The translations under genes and the position numbers were made by a program. A DNA stretch of 63,961 bases, the filler included, from Craspedostauros australis (lineage: Eukaryota): the NCBI GenBank assembly GCA_030167865.1. It is 14 parts of 14 records of this genome, joined end to end, with 100 filler letters (N's around TTAATTAATTAA, not from the genome) between each part and the next. Parts side by side here need not be neighbours in the genome. Positions count along the whole stretch, not along the records: positions 48,850 to 50,101 come from JALAGF010000031.1; positions 50,202 to 52,268 come from JALAGF010000032.1; positions 52,369 to 54,054 come from JALAGF010000033.1; positions 54,155 to 55,471 come from JALAGF010000037.1; positions 55,572 to 56,672 come from JALAGF010000038.1; positions 56,773 to 58,445 come from JALAGF010000039.1; positions 58,546 to 59,588 come from JALAGF010000040.1; 7 more parts are not named here. The stretch is one strand, 5' to 3'. Below the pieces are notes generated by a model. The model was not told the origin of the DNA, searched no databases, and worked only from the letters and a program-made list of their open reading frames with translations. Shown one piece after another: positions 48,850 through 59,532 of this stretch; position 1 is the first letter of the stretch, and every line of letters starts with the position of its first letter.

Positions 48850-50101
48850 CCTGCAGACCACGAAGAGTAGGAAGTGTGTCACGCCGTATGAGTCGATCTG
48901 TGACGGCCAAGCCGTCTACTGCATGCTGGTTCGTGAGTACACCACCGGTGCCACTGCCGTCAACACCATCCGACGCATCCGAGACGAGATCATCAAGTTC
49001 AAGTTGGATAAGCAGTGGCGCAAGACTCGTGAGCAGTTCCTGGACCTGTGGCAACACAAGGTACACGAACTTGAGGCATTGCGTGATGATCCNATCGACG
49101 ACGCGACGAAGAAGGAGTGGTTGACCAACGCCATCGAGGCAGACAAGGCTCTGTACCAGTCTATCTTCCAGACTGACTACTTGCAGACCGCGATCCTGGC
49201 CTACTCACCCGGCACAACCACGACCACCATGGAGTTCGACACCCTCGTTGAGCTCGTTCGATCCTACGCTGTCCAACTTGATGGCCACGACGCCAACAAG
49301 CCAAAGCCACCGCGCCAGGTCAACAACACCGACCAGCGCAAGCAACGTGGGAAGGATAAGGACGACGGACCCAATCTCTGGAAGTCCAACAAGGACTACA
49401 GCAAGGAGACACGAGAACGGCTGCCGCGTGAGGAGTTCCAGAAGCTGTCGGATAAGCAACGCAGCGACTTCCTCCAAGCCCGACGAGCCAAGTCTGGACG
49501 TGGTAAGAAGGACAAGCCTAGGCGTTCCGCCAACAACACCAACCGCAGTGGATCCACATCCAACCAGAACGACCAACAGGACACTCAGACCAACGACAAT
49601 GGTAGTAACAATAACGAATCTAGTTCTACCGCTGGAACAGCCATCAACCGTATGCTCTCCAATGCCATGTCTAGCGCATCCGGAGGCCCGCCGACTACCC
49701 TCGTCATTGACGGTCGCACCTACACCCTGTCTCACACGAACGTATCGTACAAGTTCAATAACACAAACGTGACTGTGCAAGGCGCATTGGTGGATGGAGG
49801 TGCGAACGGCGGTCTCGTTGGCGATGACATGCTGGTGATGGAGTCCACGTCCAACCGNNNNNNNNNNNNNNNNNNNNNNNNNNNNNNNNNNNNNNNNNNN
49901 NNNNNNNNNNNNNNNNNNGCTGTCATCCAGACCACCTCAGGGCCGGTGATCGGTTGGTTCCATCAGTACGCCAACTACGGGAAAGGGCGCACCATCCATT
50001 CTGCCAACCAACTCGCAGCGTTTGGATTGGATGTCAACGAGAGACCCAAGAACCTCCCTGGCGGTCGGCAAACCATCGTCACGCCGGACGGATTCGTCAT
50101 C
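48850..50101 (+). mobile_element. Copia (CoDi-like) gag C-terminus plus protease fragment
   Basis: Open frame; RLPREEFQKLS gag tail, ALVDGGANGGLVGDD protease motif and HQYANYGKGRTIHS...GGRQTIVTPDGFVI. Confidence 0.85.
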
Positions 50102-50201
50102 NNNNNNNNNNNNNNNNNNNNNNNNNNNNNNNNNNNNNNNNNNNNTTAATTAATTAANNNNNNNNNNNNNNNNNNNNNNNNNNNNNNNNNNNNNNNNNNN
50201 N

Positions 50202-52268
50202 TCGCACTGATGGACCCGGAGTCCGGGCTTGGAATCCCTTCAATGGAATGGGCCAGTGTGACATCGGCGCCAATGTGAGTGCTACGCCATACAAGGAGGT
50301 TCTGCGGGGTTACCAACCATTCCCGTCGCCCCTCCTGCTTGCGGCTGCCAATGCCCATGCCGAGTCCATGGTGTGCCCTGGTGAAGGCTTCCTGGACGTG
50401 CCCACATGTGAAGGATCTTCCATCTCCGTCCGCACTGCGCTCTGCCCTCATCTGGCTGAGACACTTATCTCGCCACAGTCCATCGTGCGGCAGAGCGACA
50501 ACGACTTCCACAGGTTCACCTTCGCGTCCGACTCCAGTGGTGCCACCCTCACGTTCCATGGCGCGCGTGGCGATTGCTCTGCATCCATGACCCAGTCCAA
50601 TGGGCTGTACTTCTTCACTGGTGACTCCACTCGGTCGCCCATGGCGTTTTCCATCCAGACTTCGTCGCCCGCCCTGCAGGCCGAGCTATGGCACATGCGC
50701 CTGGGGCACCCTGGCATGTCACAGCTGGAGAAGCTCCCGGCACATGCTACTGGCATGCCTGGCAAGCTGCGGTCGAGCGCACATCCTATGCGACACTGCG
50801 AGACGTGCAGCCAAGCTCATCGACAGAAGGCAGCTCGTGGACCCAACGTGGATCTTGTCGAGCCACATCCAGGCGCTCGTTTCCATGCCGATTTTGGTTT
50901 CATGCGTGCTACCAATGAGGCTTATGGCGCTGCCAAGCTTCGTGGCAAAGGTGCTCACCGCCGCGTTGTGCTATCCCTTGAGGGGTTCACATCGTACCTG
51001 CTCATCACTGATGCATACACGCGGTACACCTGGGTGTTCCCGACCAAGGACAGATCACCTCCAGTTGAGATATTCACCAAACTCCTGGGTGATTTTGGTC
51101 GGCGCACAGGTCATCGCGCGGTGCGAGTGGACACTGGCGGCGAGCTCGCTCGATCTGGGGCTTTCCAAGTGGCCGTCCGTGATGCAGGGTACAACCTTGA
51201 ACCCACTGGCGCTGGCTGCTCCTGGATGAATGGGAAAGTGGAGCGGCTGAACCGCACCTTTGGCGTCATGACGAGGGCTCTGCTATACTCGGCTGGTCTC
51301 AAGCCACAGTTTTGGGCCCTTGCACTTGTGCATTCGGTCTACTTGAAGAACCGACTGTGGCATGCGTCCATCTCCAAGACGCCGTACGAACTCCAGCATG
51401 GGGTCAAGCCTGATCTTCAACACCTGCGTGTCTTTGGATCCCGCGTCACTGTTCGCAAACCTGGGCATCCGCCTGCGAAGCTCGACGTACATACCTACAA
51501 TGGCGTCTTCGTGGGGCACACTGCAACGCCAACCCTTCATCGATACTACGACCTGGACTCTGGCCGCATCAAAACTGCTGGCAACATCGTGTTCGACGAG
51601 GCTCACTTCACGTCCAGCAGTCGACCTCCGGGACCGCAGCTTTTGTTCGAGCTGGGATTTCACGCACCTCATGGCGTTGACACGTCGATCCCGGTGAAGG
51701 GTGATAGTGTCCCAGTCGACGGTTCCGGTGGACACCGCGTCCTGGTCGAGTCCTGCGTGACATGCGGTGATTCCGAGTTACACGCCGCCGCTGCAGCGTG
51801 CTCTTCCACCATTCGTCGCTTTGCGCGATCACTGGAGATGGCAAGCGAACCTTTCGGTTTTCCATTCGCACAAGACATTGAGGTGTCTGGCTCGGACCCG
51901 TGTGCTGGACTGGTGCTTGTGCACGACGATGCGCGAGGGCGGCTGCAGCTGCAGACATGTACACCTGGCACTCCGGCTGCTCGCATTCCCCGATGGCGGT
52001 CACGTCTCCGGTCTGCACATTTGCTCACACTGGATGGCACAGACATTTCCAGTGGTGATGAAGTCGTTCGTATCATCTCGAGTGCACGACAATGCAAGGC
52101 AGGTCCAATCGTCGCGATCTTCGCTTTTGATGAGGCACGCAACGCGCTGTCACAACAGGGTGTCCCGCAGCTCTACTTCGACCAGCTTCGACATGTCCAG
52201 GACGTCCTTCGACAGATTTCGCCGCAGGCTCGCGCTGTCACTGATGCTCCCAAGCTCACACGCCGCAA
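50202..52268 (+). mobile_element. Copia pol fragment: protease-like region, integrase and PDZ-like domain
   Basis: LWHMRLGH...CETC (HHCC), FHADFGF, RVDTGGEL, NGKVERLNRT (DDE), HLRVFGS...AKLD...GVFVG and VFDE. Confidence 0.92.
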
Positions 52269-52689
52269 NNNNNNNNNNNNNNNNNNNNNNNNNNNNNNNN
52301 NNNNNNNNNNNNTTAATTAATTAANNNNNNNNNNNNNNNNNNNNNNNNNNNNNNNNNNNNNNNNNNNNCTTTTACATCCAAGGTTCGCCATCTTTGTCCG
52401 TTAGTCATCACGAACACATCATGTCATTCGTCTGTCCGTTGTCCGTCATACTCTTGACACACAGACGAGGATGGCTCACAATCGACTTGGGAGTGTGTCC
52501 GACTTTGGTAGATCGACTAGTCTATTTTTGGTATTATGGGAGGTGCGGCAATCTAGGATATAACGACATAGTCGTACCCTCGATTCCTGACACCCTTCCA
52601 TTGTCGCATCGACATCATACCATAGACTCCACACTCCATCACATTCTTGCACCACCATCCCTCATGCTCTCCTTTCGGTCCATTGCCGA

Positions 52690-54054
52690 CTGAGGCTGGA
52701 TGATATCTTCCTTGTGTCCTTGGTGAAGCCGTCTGCGATGTTGTCCTCTGAACGTACGAACCGGGCTCTAGCCTCTCTGTTCGCAATCAGTTCCCAGATG
52801 CAGTAATGTCGGATATCGATGTGCCTTGTTCTCACAGATGTCAGCAGATTGGAAGCGATGAAGATTGCTCCCACGTTGTTGACCATCACGCCTGCTGGCT
52901 TGTGCATCCTCAGTCCGATATCACTCATCAGTTGCGTCAGGAAGCAGATCTCCTTGCCTGCTTCTGATAGTGCAACGTACTCTGCCTCCGTTGAGCTCAG
53001 CGTCACGCTGCGTTGTGCCTTCGATCTCCAGATGATAGGCACTCCCTGTAGTAGGACGAGGTGTCCTCCCACACTGATGCGATTGTCCTTGTCACCAGCG
53101 AACTCGCTGTCGGTNTNCACCACAATCTTCCATGCATCGTTCTCCAATGGACTCGGTCTCATCTTCAGTCCATACTCTCTCGTATCCGTCACGAACTCCA
53201 TGACCCTCAGCATCTCCTTGTATGCTGCAGCTGTTGGTCCATCCAACACCTTGGTCAATTCTTGCACTGCGTTTGCGATGTTGGGTCATGAGTGCTTCAC
53301 CAGGTATAGCAGCATACCTACTCCACTTCGGTATTTGCTGCGTCGCTGTTTGTTCACCTTCGGCGAGTCACTCTCTCTCTCTCTCTCTCTCTCTCTGGAT
53401 GCCTTGCCCTGGTGTTCCTGGTGTTCCGTATCATTGCAGCTTCATCACGTCGTCCTTGAAAGTGTTGACAATGTTCTTGATGATGTGTGGTTGGTTCACC
53501 CAGCAGTTGGTCTCATCACGGTTGAAGTTCATCTTGCAACTGAGGTAGTCTTTGAGATCTTCCTCCACCTTGATACTGAACCACTCTGCCTTGAAGTCTC
53601 CCACAAGATCCTTCAGCTCCTGTTCATCCCCGATGCACAGGCAGTCGTCAACGTAGGTTCCGATTGGTAGCAGTCTCCCTTCCTGATTCCGAATCAGGAG
53701 GCATGGATCCACCTTGCTCTGTCTGAATCCCAGTTTGATCAGGATGTCGACCAGCCTCTTGGTCCACTGTCTGGCGCTCTGCACAAGCCCATAGATCATC
53801 TTCTTGAGCAACAGGCATTCGTTCTCGCCATGCTCCTCATCTGATCATATCGTAGAACTCCTTGTTGATAGCCTTCCGCCATTTCGTACCCTTCGATGAA
53901 TCTGCATGATCTCAGCATCCTTCGAATGCGGTGGGGTCCAACATCATACCTGTGTATGCATGCTCGGACGTCTCATCCCTTCTCTCATGGTTGCTGGGGT
54001 CTTCTCAGCTTCCTCAGCTGACTCACCACCTCCACTGCTTGATTCTGAGTCGGA
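52690..54054 (-). pseudogene. Degenerate copia RT-RNase H fragment with stops, an internal deletion and a microsatellite
   Basis: KWRKAINKEF, IYGLVQSARQW, DPCL, YVDD, YRSGVGMLLYL, TDSEFAGD, LSSTEAEYVA, RTRHIDIR and NIADGFTK. In-frame TGA codons at 53839, 53433 and 53288. Confidence 0.92.
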
Positions 54055-55024
54055 NNNNNNNNNNNNNNNNNNNNNNNNNNNNNNNNNNNNNNNNNNNNTT
54101 AATTAATTAANNNNNNNNNNNNNNNNNNNNNNNNNNNNNNNNNNNNNNNNNNNNGGATGCAACAGATGCAGGACAGATAGCTGGTAAATTTTAGTGTTGG
54201 TAGGATTGAGTGAATGTTAATCCGGAGCAAAAGAGTGCAGATGTTGGTGGTTTTTTGCAAGTTGGTGCCGTTTCCCTCGTAGCGGCTCCGTAGAGTTGTA
54301 CCGGGATTCGACTACTTCGACCCTGTAGCCCCTTGTGGCCTCTTGTGGCCCCAAATGGGGGCGACACAAAAAGCGGATAGGCACTAGCTGGAAGTATACC
54401 CAATGGAATGCTCTCGATGACTTGATCTTGTTTAGATGGATATGTTTATCCTTTCCAATGCAGGTTTCATCAGAATACGATCCACAATGCAAAGAGTTGG
54501 AGCAACAGGTGGTGATGCACATATCTACAACTATAGTAGTCATTATCCCTTCATTAGATGCTATCTATTCGTATGGGCTATTTACATGCATCTATGGCGA
54601 TTTTGACAAACATGTATGATGTGGCTTGTACTTCCCTGTGTGATACAGGTGGTCTACATTGATATACTTACCTTGCAGGTCGATGTGAAATCTCCGTGTC
54701 CATGAGATGTCGCACAGACATTTGGACGTTTTGTGCCACTAAGTGTTGTAAAAACAGGCTGGTTAGTGCAAATGGGCACTTCGAAAAGGCTGGTTAGTGA
54801 ATTTCCTCTGGTACTTTACTCTACTCCACTCTACTTCTGCGATGGTTGTAAGTTATCTTTGCTTGGCTTCAACACAATGCTGTACGAATGGAGTAGAATA
54901 AAATCCGAATTCCACAAATAAAAAAGCGAACACAAAAATCACAATCACAGAGTACCAAATTGCTTCACTGACACCTGTAGAAACCATACTGACTTTTGCG
55001 TAGAAGGATACGAGAAAGATCGAC

Positions 55025-55471
55025 CATGGCACCAACAGCAATCGTAACGCAGAACGACCACCCTCCAAGCAACGGCTTCAGCAACGCAGCAGCCACCACC
55101 GATGGGCGTGATCAGCTTCCGGGACCACCGCCGGAGCCGGATCCTGCTGAAGACGAGATGGCGCTGTTCGAGAAACAAAACAAGGTTCCCACCAAATGGA
55201 AAGAGCCAAACAGCGCGCGGTGGAAAAAGATCCGCAAAGACGTGGCGGAGAAGTCCGACGGGTTCAAGGCATCGGAGGTGTACAGCGAAGGCGACCACTC
55301 AATGCACAATCAGGTCAAGAGCATGCTGGCACAGAGGGCACGATGGGAAGGACGAGACACAGCGACGATCTCCAACGAACTCCCCCTCATCAAGGACCTC
55401 GCGGCGTTCTTCCAAACAGTGATGGACGGAAGAACCACCAACTTCGGGTCCGAGAAAGTGAGTACTGACGA
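55025..55471 (+). CDS. Hypothetical protein, first exon, truncated by a gap
   Basis: ACCATGG start context, coding-like composition and a GTGAGT donor at about 55458. No recognisable domain. Confidence 0.45.
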
Positions 55472-55598
55472 NNNNNNNNNNNNNNNNNNNNNNNNNNNNN
55501 NNNNNNNNNNNNNNNTTAATTAATTAANNNNNNNNNNNNNNNNNNNNNNNNNNNNNNNNNNNNNNNNNNNNACCAGCCTGGGTGCGTCAACACAAGAG

Positions 55599-55694
55599 AG
55601 CACGACAACAGCAACAACATCACAGAAAGCACGACAACAGCAACACAGGAAGCACGACAACAGCAACACAGGAAGCACGACAACAACAACACAA
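55599..55694 (+). repeat. About 4 copies of a ~23-bp unit AAGCACGACAACAGCAACACAGG
   Basis: Read directly; the units abut with no unique spacers. Confidence 0.8.
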
Positions 55695-58077
55695 AGAGAG
55701 GAGCAACCATCCCAAACCACAACGCAGAGAGCTTTGCATTCTCCCTGGAAGAGATGGTGCCACCAACGAGAAAACAACAGAAACAGAAACAAACAAGGAG
55801 AGGGCTGATCAAGTACCTCATTAGCGATAATTCAGTAGTAGCAAAACAGCACGATGGGTGCAAGAAACTGTTCAGCTTCTTTGTTGCGTTTTAGTCTTGC
55901 CGATTCCGACAGATAAAGTTGGATTTTCTCCTTTTCCGACAACTCCCAGTGGACTTGTTTGCCATGCATGGTGGAAGAGCGAAAGAAAGCGAGAAAGCAT
56001 GCAAGCAAGACAGAACCTGGTCGGCATCCGCACACCCGTGAGCGCGGATCCAAAGTCATTGCGGAAAAGATCGTTCTTGGTGGAATCCGCCAGAGAAGAA
56101 AAGCACACCAAGAATGATGAAGAAGCGCGTGACGCAAAGAAATTGTGTCGGATCGGGAGCGTTGATAGAAAATGACTGGTGGGAGACGTGACGATAAGTA
56201 ATTGAGTCCCGAAACGCGAAATCCTCACGAGATTCCTGTGCGCGCACAAACGTGCGGAAGCACAAAGTGCTGTGACGCACAACACGCGGACTTCGATTCT
56301 TGGGGGGCAGTTCAAAATGCAATAATTTGCTCTATTCCATAGCGCTTAAGTCATAAATCACTTGTTTCCGCCTAGTTCTTATCCTCGACGGAATAATATA
56401 TAATTTTCGTTCTTTTTCGGATAATTGGTGCTTTTCCGCAGAATTTGGTCGGTGTCCTCTCGCTCTTCGCTGTTGCTCCTTTTGTGCACTTTACACTGTG
56501 TCCGTGTTCGCTGTGCGTATCAACGTCGCCATGTCGAGGAGCAGATTACGCCTCCTTGCTGCTTCGCACATGAACCACTTGCATTGCACGATTTCGCAGA
56601 ACACAAGGAACACTGTTTTTGTCTCTGTGATTCGTTAGCTGATGAGAGCATTCGTGTGCTGTTCTGTTTGAGNNNNNNNNNNNNNNNNNNNNNNNNNNNN
56701 NNNNNNNNNNNNNNNNTTAATTAATTAANNNNNNNNNNNNNNNNNNNNNNNNNNNNNNNNNNNNNNNNNNNNATATGGCCGGTGTGCCAAGTATTGTGTA
56801 CATTTGTAGCGTGAGCTCATCCTGCTAGCGAGCACAGACCTGTGGGTACTTGTACTTGACGACAGCACCGATGCCATTGTCGATCTTGATGCCGATGTTG
56901 TTGTTGTTGTTTTCTGGTGCCACACAAAGACCCAGAATCTCACTCACAACTGTGTTCACAAAGTCACAGCNGACGACATGATACCAAAACGGATGCTACC
57001 GACAGAAGTATCTCAACAGCCAACTGCTGTGTCGCCGTTCACATCAAAGGAACACTTCTGTCCTTGTTTTGTTGGGATTTTGTAGAAAACAATGTTGTCA
57101 ATTTTTCGTATGTCTTGGTACTGCTGCGGAAGTACTAGTATTAAACAACAACAATACTGAGCATACGATAGTCCCATCGCAACGATATCATGAACGTGTC
57201 GGTCGGAATCGTCGTTCAGTTACGACAATGCAGTTTGTCGCCTCGAGATACTCAAACGGAGATACTGCACGTAAATAATTACAGTTTATTTGCTCAATAC
57301 GTGATTTCTGAGAAAGTGCCAAAGTTCCACAATTCCTCGTGCGAAACCAACCACGCAATCCCACCGCCTCTGTCAGCGTTCACAACGAGAATCGATCCGA
57401 CAGGGAACAGATCGTCTGCGTCACATGGTTCCAAATGAGAACCCCAAGCGCAACAAAGCTNGGGAAAATTGACCCAAACTCCCCTCAATTCACCCTTCAA
57501 TGNGATGGCTTGCTCGTAGCAGTGATAAAGTCTAAGCCATTTGATTGGCTGGGGTCGCCGGCCATGCCAAAAAATAGCCACTCGAACCCCTCTAATCTGT
57601 GCGAATGACCACAACACCACCTCACTTATGCTCCGCTCCGGCTTCTTCCTCCGCTCCGTCTTGGTGGTGAAGTGCCACAATCGTCGTTTGTCAACAACAC
57701 ACAGGCTGCGTACTTCTGCAACTGCGCGTGCAGAAACGCAGTATCGCACACATCCACGGAGAATTGCGCACAATCGGACAATTGCAATGGAACTCTTCTG
57801 TGACCTTCGGATAAAACGGCACATCTTCTTCTCCCATCTGTTCTTCCTCGCGTAACTCACCGATTACGGGAACGCAAACACGTGGTAATGGTGTGCGCTG
57901 ACGGTAACACGATGACGTGACCACACAACCACACGACCACAAATCAACACGGAAGTCAACACGATGTCCCAACCGCACCTTCCTGAATTCCGCCAACTCC
58001 ATCTCATAAAACCAAATCACCATCCACCTCACTCCAACTTCCTTCGAATCAACCCAACTTGACACAACAATACAACC

Positions 58078-58445
58078 ATGCCAGCCTCAATCGCAATGCA
58101 ACCAACCAACACCACCACCACAACCAACAACAATAACAAGAGAAAGAACACAAGGAAGAACCATGGCAAGTCCGTCGCCTTCCATCAAACTGTCAGAGTC
58201 AAGGAGATCATCCACATCAACGACTACGCCAACGATGAGATCGATGCTTGCTGGTGCTCAAAGCAGGACAAGATCCACACCAGACAAGACATCGCCAACA
58301 CTCTCAGACAGCACAACAGCAACAGCAACAGTAGTACCAACAACAGCGATCTCGACATTCGCGGCCTGGAATGCCGCACCAAGCAAGGATCTCAACAGAG
58401 ACGAGCGGACCGCGATGAATCCATCTCCGCTGTCCTCGATGAACA
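58078..58445 (+). CDS. Uncharacterised diatom-type protein (KSVxF...V...W...RGLE), truncated by a gap
   Basis: CA-rich leader and KSVAFHQTVRVKEIIHINDYANDEIDACW...IRGLECRT...AVLDE. Confidence 0.75.
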
Positions 58446-58545
58446 NNNNNNNNNNNNNNNNNNNNNNNNNNNNNNNNNNNNNNNNNNNNTTAATTAATTA
58501 ANNNNNNNNNNNNNNNNNNNNNNNNNNNNNNNNNNNNNNNNNNNN

Positions 58546-59532
58546 CTGACAATGACCTCAAGACAGCACAAGCTCCTCAAGTCAGCTGTGTATGCCTGCA
58601 ATGAGAATCATGCAGATCAGAAGTTGAGCCAAGTCCAGGCACAGAATCCAAAACTCCACGAATGGTTTATTCAACGCCAACATAAATGCCTGACACATTT
58701 GTTGCTTCGCAAACCCAATCAACATCGCTTCGGTATTGTCACATCTAATTCTTCCAAGCAGGCCAATGCAGCCCTCGAACACATCAGGGACAAGCCACTT
58801 TGCACCCTGGTGGCAGGTGTTATCAAGTACATGGCTGACAAGCGCATGGAGAAAGCCATGAAGGCAGAAGAACACTGGAACGCTGGAAATGTCTTGACTC
58901 CTCGTTGCATGTCTGACATGGAAATGCTGAACAAAAAATCCGGGAAACTAAACGTGCTCGTGGACAGTGTACATGACTCGGAGATCAAAGCGAGTGTCAT
59001 GTGGTATGACAGCCCTACCATTTCTGAGGAAGTGACTCTCAGATCGGACTTTGCAATGACTTGCACCTGCGGTGCTCCATTGGAGTACAAGAGACCATGT
59101 CTCCACATCCTCGCAGTGTTCCGCACAGATGCTGCCAAGCCCAGGAATGCACCACCAGGTGTCTTTCACTACAAGAACGTTGGTTGGTACAGCAAGGAAT
59201 GGCATACTGCCACATGGTTGGAGCAACACGGAAAAAAGGTGATGCCCATCCAACGAGCAAGGGTGGAACGAAGACAATTGGTGGCAGAGAATGTGGTGCC
59301 CATGGTGATTTCTGCGAAGTCTGGTTGGAAGCGGAAAACTACCAACAACGACAATCCATCAACTGCCAGAGGAGTGCGACTGTGCCCAGGATGCGGCGAG
59401 CTCGGCCACTTCCTTCACAGTTGCCCAAAACCAATTCCATCTACCCTTGAGAAGAGCAAAAAGAAACAAGTTGACAAGATTCTTCCCCATGTGATGAACC
59501 AACTGGGAGGCAGCGTGCAGGATGAAGAATAG
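58546..59532 (+). mobile_element. Mutator/MULE transposase C-terminal fragment
   Basis: RFGIVTSNSSKQAN (the TSNxxE motif), SWIM finger CTCG...PCLH and terminal knuckle CPGCGELGHFLHSC. Confidence 0.85.

Noticed and set aside
48850..54054. One complete copia element (gag-PR-INT-RT)
   Set aside because: The pieces are on separate contigs, there are two protease motifs, the RT is on the opposite strand and far more decayed, and no LTR pair or PBS was identified.
54664..54830. U1 snRNA (starts ATACTTACCT)
   Set aside because: No U1-70K loop (GATCACGAAG), no U1A loop (ATTGCAC) and no recognisable Sm site at the right spacing. It is better explained as a minus-strand splice donor.
55599..55694. 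CRISPR-like array
   Set aside because: The units are contiguous without unique spacers, there are no cas genes, and the context is eukaryotic.
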